From a virus: a DNA stretch of 64,000 nucleotides. Made by a program: the position numbers and the translations under genes. A model generated the notes under the pieces. That model was given only the letters and a program-made list of their open reading frames with translations, was not told the DNA's origin and searched no databases. Shown in pieces: positions 21,077 to 31,058 of this stretch (position 1 is the stretch's first letter; each line of letters begins with the position of its first letter). The DNA lies in IMG/VR virus record IMGVR_UViG_3300006037_000005, positions 1-64,000 of that record; one strand, given 5' to 3'.

Positions 21077-21661
21077 TTATCTTATTATCTTTAAGTGTAA
21101 TCCGTGTGATTCACACACTACATCACCTATTCTTGGCTCAACATTATCAAGTGTTATATGATCTTCCGTAATATAACATTCAAAAGATTTTTCATAAAAA
21201 TATCCATTTATCGGTTTATTTTTGTTTATAATAACAAACCAATCATCATACTTTCTATTATGATGGAATTTGGCTTTAATCAATGGTTTAATGAATTGAT
21301 TAGGTATTTTCCAATATCCACTAAGTGGTGTGCCATATAAACTTCTGCAATCATCTATAATAGTTGTCACAAATTTAGAAGTAACAATTCTATTATTCGG
21401 TAATTTGTATCTCTTTCTTGACAATATACAGATTGATAAGTCGTTACCAAGTGCATCAACCAAAAAAGGTTCACCATGTTGTATAATTTTCTCTTTCTCG
21501 GTTTTCCTAGATGTACCAAAGTATTCAATATCAAAAACAGAATGGCCTTCAAACAACTTTGGATTTTGTGGTTTCGCCCAGTTCCTTTCTATTTGATCTT
21601 CTTTTAAGGATTTTAGATATTCTTCTAGACCTTTATAATCAATCCAATATTTTAATTTCAT
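21077..21661 (-). CDS. Hypothetical protein
   Basis: 194-aa ORF at the end of the minus-strand operon. Confidence 0.6.
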   Translation of the reverse strand: MKLKYWIDYKGLEEYLKSLKEDQIERNWAKPQNPKLFEGHSVFDIEYFGTSRKTEKEKIIQHGEPFLVDALGNDLSICILSRKRYKLPNNRIVTSKFVTTIIDDCRSLYGTPLSGYWKIPNQFIKPLIKAKFHHNRKYDDWFVIINKNKPINGYFYEKSFECYITEDHITLDNVEPRIGDVVCESHGLHLKIIR

Positions 21662-22274
21662 GGCTCTCTGTTTTTACTATTTCAATTAATTTTTTAAGAC
21701 AAGCTAGTTCTGCTTCTTTATAAATATCATACTCACATGAATCAGCAATACATTTCTTGCCATTCCCATTGTATTGATTTATTTTCCATTTATACCATAC
21801 AAAATCTTCTGCCTGTTGGGTAATACCTTCCAATTTGTACACATCTCTAAACCAATCAAAAACCTGTTGATATAAGGGTGCTGTACAAACCCACATATGA
21901 TCACTATTTCTGTCTGAATTTTTAATACCTCTATTTTTTGTATAAATATTAAAAGAATTTACATAATGAACCGCTAGGCAAGGTTCATCAAATCCTAACT
22001 CTTTTAATTTCAAGGCTGTGTCATAAGGGATAAATAGTTCTTCGAGGTATGTTTTTTGTTGTGGTAATGAAAAATGTATCTTGGTTACATTTTTACCATC
22101 GTGTTCAATATACCAGTCATTACTAACTATATGTTCGATGCCATCCATGGTAATGAATTTGTATTTTGAATATTCAAGTTTACCCCAACAATCGTGACCA
22201 TCCTCTATTGCACCAATTCTAACAAGAGCACAATCCTTTACAGATTCTATTATAATATCTTTCATAATTTCCAT
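21639..22274 (-). CDS. Hypothetical protein, paralog family A
   Basis: TALKLKELGFDEPC...PLYQQVFDWFR...YKEAELACLKKLIE; related to 28475-28939 and 49869-50249. Confidence 0.7.
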   Translation of the reverse strand: MEIMKDIIIESVKDCALVRIGAIEDGHDCWGKLEYSKYKFITMDGIEHIVSNDWYIEHDGKNVTKIHFSLPQQKTYLEELFIPYDTALKLKELGFDEPCLAVHYVNSFNIYTKNRGIKNSDRNSDHMWVCTAPLYQQVFDWFRDVYKLEGITQQAEDFVWYKWKINQYNGNGKKCIADSCEYDIYKEAELACLKKLIEIVKTESHEIKILD

Positions 22275-22747
22275 CCACTGTGCTTATCTTGACAACATTT
22301 CTTGTATTTCAAATTTGAACCACAAAGACACTTGTCATTTCTTTTGGTATTAGAAAATTTTTGAAGTTCAAGAATTCTTTCCTTTCTAATATTTGATTGT
22401 ATCTCCGCCTCGATTCTGATTTCCTCCTCAAGACCTGCATCAGATTCTATTATCTCTTGGTATTCTTGTGGTTTCAGAATTTCGTGCAATGATTTGTGGA
22501 GAGATCCTCTGTTGATGAAATTGAAATTACCATAAAATCTTTTAAAATTTTCGGTTCTATATTTTGCATAACGAAGTCTCTGCTCCTGTATTTTATTCCT
22601 ATCCACGGAGGAATAATCAATATTAGGGTTATGCTGTGTACCACAAACATTGCAAGTTTTATCCTTGTTATTGGTACGTTCAAATATCTCGAAGTCATCA
22701 CAATTTGAACAATATTCCCTATAAAATATCTTATTTCTTATTGGCAT
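22262..22747 (-). CDS. Zn-ribbon and SEC-C motif protein
   Basis: N-terminal CxxC..CxxC; C-terminal RNDKCLCGSNLKYKKCC. Confidence 0.8.
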   Translation of the reverse strand: MPIRNKIFYREYCSNCDDFEIFERTNNKDKTCNVCGTQHNPNIDYSSVDRNKIQEQRLRYAKYRTENFKRFYGNFNFINRGSLHKSLHEILKPQEYQEIIESDAGLEEEIRIEAEIQSNIRKERILELQKFSNTKRNDKCLCGSNLKYKKCCQDKHSGWKL

Positions 22748-22782
22748 AATATTTTCTTTTTAATATACATTCAAATTCGATT

Positions 22783-23475
22783 CTAGAAATTTTCGTTTGT
22801 TACAATTAGATCAAATTCAGATTTGTGTAATAGACCTAAATCTATTTCGTCTTGCTTAAATCTTCTTGTAGCAGAATCAGCATCCAATCTTTCTTCTAAT
22901 CTCTTTAATCTAACTTTTGGATCTATATCAAGCAATATACAGAAACATTTATCTTTGATTCCCTGTGGTAGAGATCTGAAAGATTTTGGTGAAAATATAA
23001 ATAAATTCGAATTTTCGAAATTTTCTTTTGTTAAACCATATTTCCAGCCATTATGTTCTTGTTGTTCAAGGAATTCTAAGGAATCAAATTCCTCGCTTGA
23101 TATGAAATTGTAGTCTTTACCATCAATTTCTAAATCCCTCTTTGGTCTTGTGGTGTGGTTTATACCAAAGACATAATTTTTGGATTCATATCTTTCTCTC
23201 AATGTGTCTTTTCCAGATGCACCACCACCAACGATTATGATCTTCTGTCTGGATTTTACAGAATTCGCCATTATTACACCAGCATAGAACATTTGCTTTA
23301 GATTCGTTAAAAAACTCTGATCTGGTGTATCCTGTATTAAATCTGAGGCAACTTCTCCTATTAGTGACATGGTTTCTTCTTTCGTTATATCAAATACCTT
23401 CTCCCCATGAAGATATTCTATTCTATCGACTATGGTTTGTATTATTGAATTAGTCTTTCCCATTGTTTTATTCAT
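22783..23475 (-). CDS. gmk: Guanylate kinase-like protein with N-terminal extension
   Basis: GGGASGKD P-loop, HTTRPKR..EIDGKDYNFIS, NGWKYG. Confidence 0.85.
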   Translation of the reverse strand: MNKTMGKTNSIIQTIVDRIEYLHGEKVFDITKEETMSLIGEVASDLIQDTPDQSFLTNLKQMFYAGVIMANSVKSRQKIIIVGGGASGKDTLRERYESKNYVFGINHTTRPKRDLEIDGKDYNFISSEEFDSLEFLEQQEHNGWKYGLTKENFENSNLFIFSPKSFRSLPQGIKDKCFCILLDIDPKVRLKRLEERLDADSATRRFKQDEIDLGLLHKSEFDLIVTNENF

Positions 23476-24013
23476 TAAGTATCCTCTCTTTTAATATTTT
23501 CAATTTTTATGATGGTAGTATCCGTAAATATGCTAACCGACTGTTTAGACTGTATTTCATGGAAATTGAACCCATGGTTGTTAGTCATCAAATTAATAGC
23601 TATATGTAGATTATCAGATATTAAAAAACCATCTTTCATTGTTTCCTCTATACAGATTCTAAATATCTCCTCGAATTCTTCGAAAGTAAATTCTTTTTCG
23701 TGAGTTAAGAATAGGTAACTATTGCTTTCGTATCCTTGATAATGAATTCTGTATATGTTCATTTATTGAAAGTTTTTCTGTTAAGAATATAGTCTGTTGG
23801 TGTCTTATAGTAATAATTGTTTTTACCTGATATATGAAATTCTTCATATAATGTTAGTTTAACAATATCTTTATATTCTTCTAATACGACTTTATCCAAA
23901 TCCCATATGTATATCAACAGATGACATATTCCGACAAACAATACAACCAATATTAAAGAGAATATAACAAACATAGTTCTTAGAATTGGAATTACTATGT
24001 ATTTCATATATAA

Positions 24014-25057
24014 TTATTTCTTTTTGAATCGTTTAAACCATTTTTCAAATCCGTGGAATATATATACCCCTGAGTGGTGACAAGCTTGGTGTATTAAATG
24101 TTTAACCTCCTCCTCGCTATAGCTTCTTTCTTGTTGCCACTTAGCACCAAATTCAGCACATTTTAACATTCTATTGGCTTGAGTTTTAGTTTCTAAAGAA
24201 TTAAATGAAAACTTCATTGTATTTTCAATATAATCTTTACTAGCTTCTTCAAGTGTTTGTTGTTTAGACCCAGTTTGTTGACTCATAGTGTCCCAGTCAT
24301 TAGACATTTCTTCAATTTCTGAATCAACCCTTTTGATTGAATCTTCAAAAGTTTTACCAGTATGAGTAATTGTAATTCCCCTTTCAAGTTCTTCTTTCGG
24401 ATTTTGCCTTATAGCAGTGCTTCTGGATAGCCTTAAATTATATTCTCCATATGTTATCTTTTCTTCAAACCAAGAATATTGAAAATTTTTCCTATCCCAA
24501 CCATCTGGATCTAACACTGTGACTTGTGAATATTGTTTCTGCCATTCTTCAGATGTTTTTAATTCTTCTTTTTGGATAATTGTTTTGTAAATACTTCTAC
24601 AAAGAATTGTATTATACCAAGCTCTATCCGTAACATCTTTTACTTTTTGAACTTCAACAAATTCAAGTTGTGAATTATCACAAAACCATTTTAGAAACTC
24701 ATCTGATATAGGCTGTACACCATCTTTGATTAAGTCTTCATTGTTTGTTAGAATGATTTTCTGAGTCCATTGGGGAGTTACACTATATAATTTCAATGTT
24801 TTGGGGCATTTAGCGAATTTATTTTCTTTTGGCAAATAATACCAATCCCCTTCTTTAATTTCTTCATTGGAAGTGATATAGATGTTTCTTGCAAATATTC
24901 TTTTTCCAGATCCTTTTGGTTTATCATATAAAATCCATTTGGATCTATCAACATTCAAGGATTTATTATGGTGGTCATAATCATCTGGTGCTTTTAATGT
25001 GACATGTAACCTACTTGGTTTGTCTGTTGATAATACAAAAATGTTTTTCTCCATCAT
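24014..25057 (-). CDS. Hypothetical mosaic protein, paralog family B
   Basis: TDKPSRL, NIYITSNEEIKEGDW, KIILT; related to 53643-54269 and 27267-27776. Confidence 0.7.
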   Translation of the reverse strand: MMEKNIFVLSTDKPSRLHVTLKAPDDYDHHNKSLNVDRSKWILYDKPKGSGKRIFARNIYITSNEEIKEGDWYYLPKENKFAKCPKTLKLYSVTPQWTQKIILTNNEDLIKDGVQPISDEFLKWFCDNSQLEFVEVQKVKDVTDRAWYNTILCRSIYKTIIQKEELKTSEEWQKQYSQVTVLDPDGWDRKNFQYSWFEEKITYGEYNLRLSRSTAIRQNPKEELERGITITHTGKTFEDSIKRVDSEIEEMSNDWDTMSQQTGSKQQTLEEASKDYIENTMKFSFNSLETKTQANRMLKCAEFGAKWQQERSYSEEEVKHLIHQACHHSGVYIFHGFEKWFKRFKKK

Positions 25058-25635
25058 CTATCTTGATTTAATAAAAATTTCATTTCCTCGAACATTGGTT
25101 TGTAAATTTCCACAAAATCTTTCAACTTGTCAACAAAAATTGGATATTCTTTTCTGTACATTTCCAATTTTGAATTATCTGAACTAATCAAAGCGGAATA
25201 TTTGATATTGGCAAGTCTATCACACAATTTAACAAAAACTGCACCTTTTGTTTCAATCATACCTTTATAGTATGCTTCATCCTCTCTTTCTTTTCTATTT
25301 CTGCCTTTAGAATTTGTGACAGCAAATATAACCTCGGCGACATTTATGTCTTCATATGATCCGCTTCCAAATCTTCTTACAAGATCACTGTAGTTTGTGG
25401 TTGTATCTTCTAACAAATCATGTCCGAAACAAGCTACTACATAACTGTTGATGTATGCTTGAGCATCTATTTTTTGTTGCAGATAAAAGTATTTTTTACA
25501 AATATTAGCTACCAACCTCAAATGGAATTCATAAGGTAGACAACCATCATATTTGTGATTCGCCTTTTCATATTGGTGTATACACCATGCAATATCATCA
25601 TCCTCTGTGGTGGATACAAATCTGTTTATCTTCAT
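25054..25635 (-). CDS. HD-domain hydrolase, SpoT/MESH1-like
   Basis: PYEFHL, GHDLLEDT, AVT, VKLCDRLAN motifs. Confidence 0.8.
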   Translation of the reverse strand: MKINRFVSTTEDDDIAWCIHQYEKANHKYDGCLPYEFHLRLVANICKKYFYLQQKIDAQAYINSYVVACFGHDLLEDTTTNYSDLVRRFGSGSYEDINVAEVIFAVTNSKGRNRKEREDEAYYKGMIETKGAVFVKLCDRLANIKYSALISSDNSKLEMYRKEYPIFVDKLKDFVEIYKPMFEEMKFLLNQDR

Positions 25636-25819
25636 CTGTTTAGAATTTTCTCAATCTCTTTTATTGGTATTGTAAATTTCATGATAAGAGGCCTTATGAA
25701 GAATTTATTATTCTCCTCTCTGAAAGTTACAAGGCCAGCACCAATTGATCTGATTTCATCATATTGAGATTTGGTTACCTCTACTAAAACATTATATTTC
25801 AATTTAATATTTACCATTG

Positions 25820-26161
25820 TTATATTCTTTTTATTTTGAAATTTTTGAAATTCTCTATATCAACTCTGATGTCATATCCTTTTGGATCTACCAGATTTTT
25901 TGTTACACCAATGTCACCAAATCTTGAAACCATCCAAATCCTGACTTCGTCACCTTGGTTTATATCGCTGATTTGATGACAACAAACTGCAGTTATCTCG
26001 AATCTGAACCAAATTCCACCATAGCATCTCTTTAGTTCCTCTGTATTTTTTATTGGATACATTAAATTAAAGAGTTCATCCCATGTAAGAATTTCCATTT
26101 CTAGTATCTGGCCTTGCTCCAAGGAGATACAATCTTTAACAAATTTACAGTCCTGTTCCAT
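25820..26161 (-). CDS. Hypothetical phage protein
   Basis: 113-aa ORF containing VRIWMVSRFGDIGVT. Confidence 0.6.
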   Translation of the reverse strand: MEQDCKFVKDCISLEQGQILEMEILTWDELFNLMYPIKNTEELKRCYGGIWFRFEITAVCCHQISDINQGDEVRIWMVSRFGDIGVTKNLVDPKGYDIRVDIENFKNFKIKRI

Positions 26162-26954
26162 TGAATTTCACCATAAGTAATTCTTTCAAAGCAAGTTCTT
26201 TAGTCTTTACTATACCGCCTGTAATGGAGAAGGGATCTATACGTTTAACATTATAACTCCAAGTCCAATCACCAAATCTTCCTATGGCTAATACCTGTCC
26301 TATTCTTATATCATTGACAGCGATAAAGAATGCTTGTTCGTATGGTTCTATTTTCTCCTCTGTTATATCTTGTTTGAGCATCATTTTTAAATTTAGTGTT
26401 TATTTCATTATACCTTCCTTGTGATCGTTGCATTTTTGTAAATACAGTTCGTTAAATGCAAGTTTAAACCAACCTCACCCAACCGAATGAAATTAAATCG
26501 TTAATCGAATATTCCATAAAAGGTGTAGCATAACCCTCAGCTCTATATTGGTCTATTCCCATATTTATTTTTGTAGGCCAAATCATATCGTATTTATAAC
26601 CATCTTCATTTAAAGCAATATCATTAATTTCATATTGTTTTCTTATTTTCATTCCTGAATAACCATGTTCTTTATGGGTGTATTCTTTAAAAAACTCCCA
26701 TCCATATGGAATTTTATATTCTGTATCATTTAGAATTGGTTTTAATTCTAAATGATAATTTTCTAATTTCCCTATTAATAAAACGGTTGTAGTGTTAATA
26801 GTAGGTGAATTTGGATATTTTGTTTCTTTAGCGATTATTTGTTCTAAATATTGGCCAAAAAACCTGCATTTAACAGCTAGTTTTGCTTTGGTGCTTTTTC
26901 AACTTTTGTTTCTTTGTTTTTGTTGGATTTTCAAAATGTTATTATATAAATTAT

Positions 26955-26970
26955 TGCAAAAATCGTGCCA
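26955..26970 (-). promoter_or_regulatory. Sigma-54-type promoter 1
   Basis: Minus strand TGGCACGATTTTTGCA matches TGGCAC-N5-TTGC(A/T); TGACA/TGTCA boxes at 26980-27002. Confidence 0.8.
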
Positions 26971-26994
26971 AATTCATTATGACATGACAAATCG

Positions 26995-27270
26995 TCATGT
27001 CATATTATTTGCTTTATTTTCAAACTCATCTAGCAATATTTTAACTTCTTTTGCTCTTTCATAATTTTCTTGGTCGATATAAGTATTGTAAATGCTTTTG
27101 AGATTATAGATGAGTACTTCATCAGTGCGTTTATGGTTCTCCAAAATATATTCTCTTATTTGGTTCGTTGTTTTGCGTTCTATATAAAAATAGAAACACA
27201 TAAAAATTATCTGAATGATCCCAATGATGACCATTAACATTATCATCTGATCCAAATATTGTGGCTTCAT
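26995..27270 (-). CDS. Membrane protein with C-terminal UvrB/C-like motif
   Basis: N-terminal hydrophobic helix; QENYERAKEVK. Confidence 0.55.
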   Translation of the reverse strand: MKPQYLDQMIMLMVIIGIIQIIFMCFYFYIERKTTNQIREYILENHKRTDEVLIYNLKSIYNTYIDQENYERAKEVKILLDEFENKANNMT

Positions 27271-27776
27271 CTATAATAAATTTTAGTTGGTAATGTTGAT
27301 TTAAATTGTTGAAGTGATTTTTCATAAGATACAATATCGGTGTCAATTGCATATTTTGCAAACATAATAACCTCTTCATCACCCAAACTGTGGGTTTCGG
27401 AGTGCTGTTGATAACCTTTTACAAATCCTTGCTTTCTATCTCCTTCTAAATCAAAAGGGTTACTACTTCTGTAGGAATCTATTTCCGTTCCATAATGAGA
27501 TTCCGCTAAATATTCTGCATAATTAACCACTTGTGGACATTGTAGTGATGTGTCGGTGGTAGCTAACACAGGTCTACCAAGATAACCATCTGAAATATGT
27601 TTGGTATATTTAACAATTCTTCTGGAGTTTTCTTCAACCGAATAATACACCTCATCAGTATCCATATATAAATCTTCGTGTGTGTAATAATCCTCACCAT
27701 CAATCGTAATTTTTTCACACATTTCAAATTTATTGGTGTCTATGTGTATTAGTTTATACTGTTTTGTTGTTCCCAT
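27267..27776 (-). CDS. Hypothetical protein (family B-related)
   Basis: VLATTD, GFVKGYQ motifs. Confidence 0.6.
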   Translation of the reverse strand: MGTTKQYKLIHIDTNKFEMCEKITIDGEDYYTHEDLYMDTDEVYYSVEENSRRIVKYTKHISDGYLGRPVLATTDTSLQCPQVVNYAEYLAESHYGTEIDSYRSSNPFDLEGDRKQGFVKGYQQHSETHSLGDEEVIMFAKYAIDTDIVSYEKSLQQFKSTLPTKIYYR

Positions 27777-28330
27777 AATATAATTTCAACGTTATTATTA
27801 ATTTCCAAGGCTCTTGACCATTTACTAACATCATTACAATAACCAATTATTTTATGGTCAGGATTTGTGTGTTTACAAAGTTTTTCGAACCACCCAAAAT
27901 CTGTGAAAGTGGTGGAAAATGTAATATATTTTGCTCTATTGAAATATTCTGAAATTTCAATATCGCTTCTGAGAAAGAAATTGCTGATAACAGTTATATC
28001 TTGGTTTCCGAATCTTTCTTCTAGATATTTTACCCAATTTGGATCTGCTTTCTTGTCATTCTCACAAATGACTATTTCTGAGAATTTATCTATTGGGAAA
28101 TGCACACCATATTTTTCAACAATATTATTGTAATCGAGATTGTGGCAACCAATCAATTTGGCTCTGTACAATAGATCACCTTTATCTACAACAGCGTGTA
28201 GACCACCTTGAACCTCGTTGTGAAACAGAGTTTCTTTCATTCTTTTGTTGAATTCATCTGATATTGGTGAGTCCTTGGTGCAAACCAAAAACCAATTACC
28301 ATGTCCAGCAATTTTTATGTATCTGTTCAT
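27749..28330 (-). CDS. Hypothetical protein
   Basis: 193-aa ORF. Confidence 0.6.
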   Translation of the reverse strand: MNRYIKIAGHGNWFLVCTKDSPISDEFNKRMKETLFHNEVQGGLHAVVDKGDLLYRAKLIGCHNLDYNNIVEKYGVHFPIDKFSEIVICENDKKADPNWVKYLEERFGNQDITVISNFFLRSDIEISEYFNRAKYITFSTTFTDFGWFEKLCKHTNPDHKIIGYCNDVSKWSRALEINNNVEIILWEQQNSIN

Positions 28331-28474
28331 AATTTTCTCTTTGTATTATTTTTAAGATATCTTTTTTCCATTTTTGCTTAGTTATAACAGAAAGGTTTAT
28401 CAATATAATATCTACAAAAATATATTACATCTATTCTAGCCACATATATGCGTATTTTTTCTTTATGTAAATAT

Positions 28475-28939
28475 TTAGGACTTTTGTTGTGGTGCTTTTC
28501 CATTTGGTATTAATTTTAAAGCCTCATACAAGCCATCCTCTAATGCTTCTTCATATATTTCTTTCGCTACACAAATCTTCAATTTTCTTTCACCATAATA
28601 AACAAGAGAAATATATTTTATCCCATCTTGTTTGATACATTCTACATCAATATTATGAATTTCTCTTAACCATTTTTGAAGCAGAGATTGAGTTGACCTT
28701 GTGATATAATGACCAAGATCCATATTGTTATTAGTTCTATTATAATATCTTCTGAAGTAGACCAATGCCTTATCACTATGACCAGTCTCACAATCCTTAG
28801 AATATTCCAAACATGCTTTTTTATAAAAATCCATCTCGATATTGTTGTTATACAGATCAAAGACAACATTACAAGGCAAATTAAATCCTTTTTCTTGAGC
28901 CAATTCAGCAGTCTGAAAATTTATGCGAGTATCTTCCAT
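28475..28939 (-). CDS. Hypothetical protein, paralog family A
   Basis: TAELAQEKGF, TQSLLQKWLRE, YEEALEDGL. Confidence 0.7.
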   Translation of the reverse strand: MEDTRINFQTAELAQEKGFNLPCNVVFDLYNNNIEMDFYKKACLEYSKDCETGHSDKALVYFRRYYNRTNNNMDLGHYITRSTQSLLQKWLREIHNIDVECIKQDGIKYISLVYYGERKLKICVAKEIYEEALEDGLYEALKLIPNGKAPQQKS

Positions 28940-28951
28940 GTTTTTAAAATT

Positions 28952-29239
28952 CTATATCTCCGTTACAAAATCGTCAAAATCACCGTCTCTTGGTTGTATT
29001 CTATCTAAAATATAAAAAGAAGCTACTGCTAGACCATCATCATCTTGACTATCCCAATTACATATCTCTAAATAATAATTTTCTGTCAAAATATATTCTG
29101 TTGGATCAAAATCTGTGTGAACAAATGTTACTCTGGCTAAATATTCGCCAAATCCACCAGAATATTCGAAGGAAGTAGCACCTCCGAATTCGTAAGATAG
29201 TTTTTCCTCTATTTCTTTTTTATTAATGTTGTTTTCCAT
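28952..29239 (-). CDS. Acidic hypothetical protein
   Basis: 95-aa ORF. Confidence 0.55.
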   Translation of the reverse strand: MENNINKKEIEEKLSYEFGGATSFEYSGGFGEYLARVTFVHTDFDPTEYILTENYYLEICNWDSQDDDGLAVASFYILDRIQPRDGDFDDFVTEI

Positions 29240-29289
29240 TATTTTCCTAATATTCTTAAATCAAAAATCGAATTTTACATCAAAAAATC

Positions 29290-29374
29290 CTCTTCCCAAA
29301 TAAGTTTGCTAGACATATCTTCATAAAAGTCTCTTCCCAAATAAGTTTGCTAGACATATCTTCATAAAAGTCTC
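29290..29374. repeat. Exact 41-bp tandem duplication
   Basis: ctcttcccaaataagtttgctagacatatcttcataaaagt at 29290-29330 and 29331-29371. Confidence 0.95.
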
Positions 29375-29556
29375 CACCAGGAAAGAATTCTTTAAATCTA
29401 GTAGGTATCCGTAATCTCTCGTCTTTCGGTGGAATCTTATAATGTTTTTGAGATTGCCTCAATTCCTCTTGTAATTCAAAAATCTCTTTTCCAATTATCT
29501 CTGGTCTTCTAACTGTTTGTGTTGAATCCATATTTTGTTTTTAAATATTATTTTAA

Positions 29557-29835
29557 TTACCATTCAGTGACAACTTTCAATTCTTTCATGAATTCAAGAA
29601 TAGCTTTATCTTTTACACCATCTGTTAATGGCACGTCAGACAATTTTATTTTTGAAGATTTGTGGAGAGATCCTCTGTTGTAAAATGCATCGTTTGTTGC
29701 ATACCAAACTTTTGTTGATTTGGATTTTCTATATTGGCTTGAATATTCTTCCAATATTATACGAAATCCATGTACTGAAAACGAAAAAAACTCTCTTGTT
29801 AAATCCCCTGTTGATATTATTACTTCTATTCTCAT
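29557..29835 (-). CDS. Hypothetical protein, first gene after sigma-54 promoter 2
   Basis: 92-aa ORF; ATG 35 nt downstream of the -12 element. Confidence 0.65.
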   Translation of the reverse strand: MRIEVIISTGDLTREFFSFSVHGFRIILEEYSSQYRKSKSTKVWYATNDAFYNRGSLHKSSKIKLSDVPLTDGVKDKAILEFMKELKVVTEW

Positions 29836-29869
29836 AACTTTGTTTTTAAAATGTTCTTATAATAAATAT

Positions 29870-29885
29870 TGCAAAAATCGTGCCA
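29870..29885 (-). promoter_or_regulatory. Sigma-54-type promoter 2
   Basis: Minus strand TGGCACGATTTTTGCA; five TGTCA boxes at 29895-29934. Confidence 0.85.
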
Positions 29886-29931
29886 AATTTATTTTGTCAT
29901 ATTCTAAATGTCAGTCTGTCATGTCATAGTG

Positions 29932-30561
29932 TCATGGTATGTAAAGTATTGTTGGATTATCCTTGTGGAAATCAATATTATCAAATAAGGCATCTCTTCT
30001 GAATTCCAACAGATTGAATGGTTTCGAAATCAAATGGTAACCATTTTTAGTCTCGATTATTGCTATATCTTTCTTACCAACTGGCTCTACACTTTCTATA
30101 TGCTTTTTGATAATTTCAACAAATTCTAGATTCTTTTCATCGATATCAATTATCCATTTTTTGTTAGATTCATTTGAATAAGTACCACAAACACTTTCAT
30201 AAGCCTTTCTTATTGACTTAAAATCTTTATTCATGATCTGATCTGTAATTTTTCTCAAGGTGTGGAAACCAATTTTCTCGAAAGATCTTTTATTAAGATT
30301 TATGCATGCTCTTGCATTATGAAAATCGCAAAGAGATTTTATTTCTGGGAATTTTAGATTCAGATATTCAATAGAACTTACATAGTAGGTTTTTATACAA
30401 GCAGAATTTGAACCAAGATCTTTGTGTTCTTTCTTGCGTTTTATGATTTGAAGATGGTAAAAATCATCTTCTGATTCGAAATTCAACAAATCTGATATTT
30501 GTTCTAAATTGTTTACCATATTTTCTATATTACAAAGTGGTTGTATTGTTTCATAAATCAA
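29932..30561 (-). CDS. Hypothetical protein, possible AEP/PrimPol-like fold
   Basis: WIIDID and ETKNGYHLI resemble AEP motifs I and II; fold assignment is inference. Confidence 0.5.
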   Translation of the reverse strand: MIYETIQPLCNIENMVNNLEQISDLLNFESEDDFYHLQIIKRKKEHKDLGSNSACIKTYYVSSIEYLNLKFPEIKSLCDFHNARACINLNKRSFEKIGFHTLRKITDQIMNKDFKSIRKAYESVCGTYSNESNKKWIIDIDEKNLEFVEIIKKHIESVEPVGKKDIAIIETKNGYHLISKPFNLLEFRRDALFDNIDFHKDNPTILYIP

Positions 30562-30570
30562 TCAAAAACA

Positions 30571-30604
30571 GTTTTGGCATCACATATATATGTGATGCCA
30601 AAAC
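30571..30604. terminator. Perfect 34-bp palindrome, probable terminator
   Basis: GTTTTGGCATCACATATATATGTGATGCCAAAAC, followed by a T-run on the minus strand. Confidence 0.7.
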
Positions 30605-30638
30605 TCTATAAATTATTTCAAGATGCCTATTTAGATAT

Positions 30639-31040
30639 CTATGAATCCAAAGCCTTTAATTGCTCATCTATTTCAGCTAAAGACAATTTTCCAATTTCTT
30701 CTGTCTGTTTTTTGGCTCTAAGAGCAAGTAATTCCTGTCTTTTTTCTTCTTTGTTTGCTTTTTCTTTTTGTTTTTTCTCGTTTTCTTCTATTTCATCGAG
30801 TAAAGAAGAAATTATATTTAAACGAAGTTCAACCAGTTTTTGTTCTGAAGATTTTGATTCAGTCTGTCTTCTTGTTGATTTACCAAAAGAATCTTTCTGA
30901 ATAGTAAGATTCTCTTCATAAGAGATTAATTCTTCCTTTAGAGATTGTGAGATTCTCATAGAATATAATTGCTCTATGGATATCTGACCTCTAAAATCAA
31001 ATCTTAATTGCTGACGTACAGCTTGTTCGAAATTATTCAT
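30639..31040 (-). CDS. Coiled-coil phage protein, partner of the upstream large gene
   Basis: FEQAVRQQLRF..RGQISIEQLY N-terminus and a charged helical C-terminus. Confidence 0.7.
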   Translation of the reverse strand: MNNFEQAVRQQLRFDFRGQISIEQLYSMRISQSLKEELISYEENLTIQKDSFGKSTRRQTESKSSEQKLVELRLNIISSLLDEIEENEKKQKEKANKEEKRQELLALRAKKQTEEIGKLSLAEIDEQLKALDS

Positions 31041-31058
31041 TTTATTGGAAATTTATTG

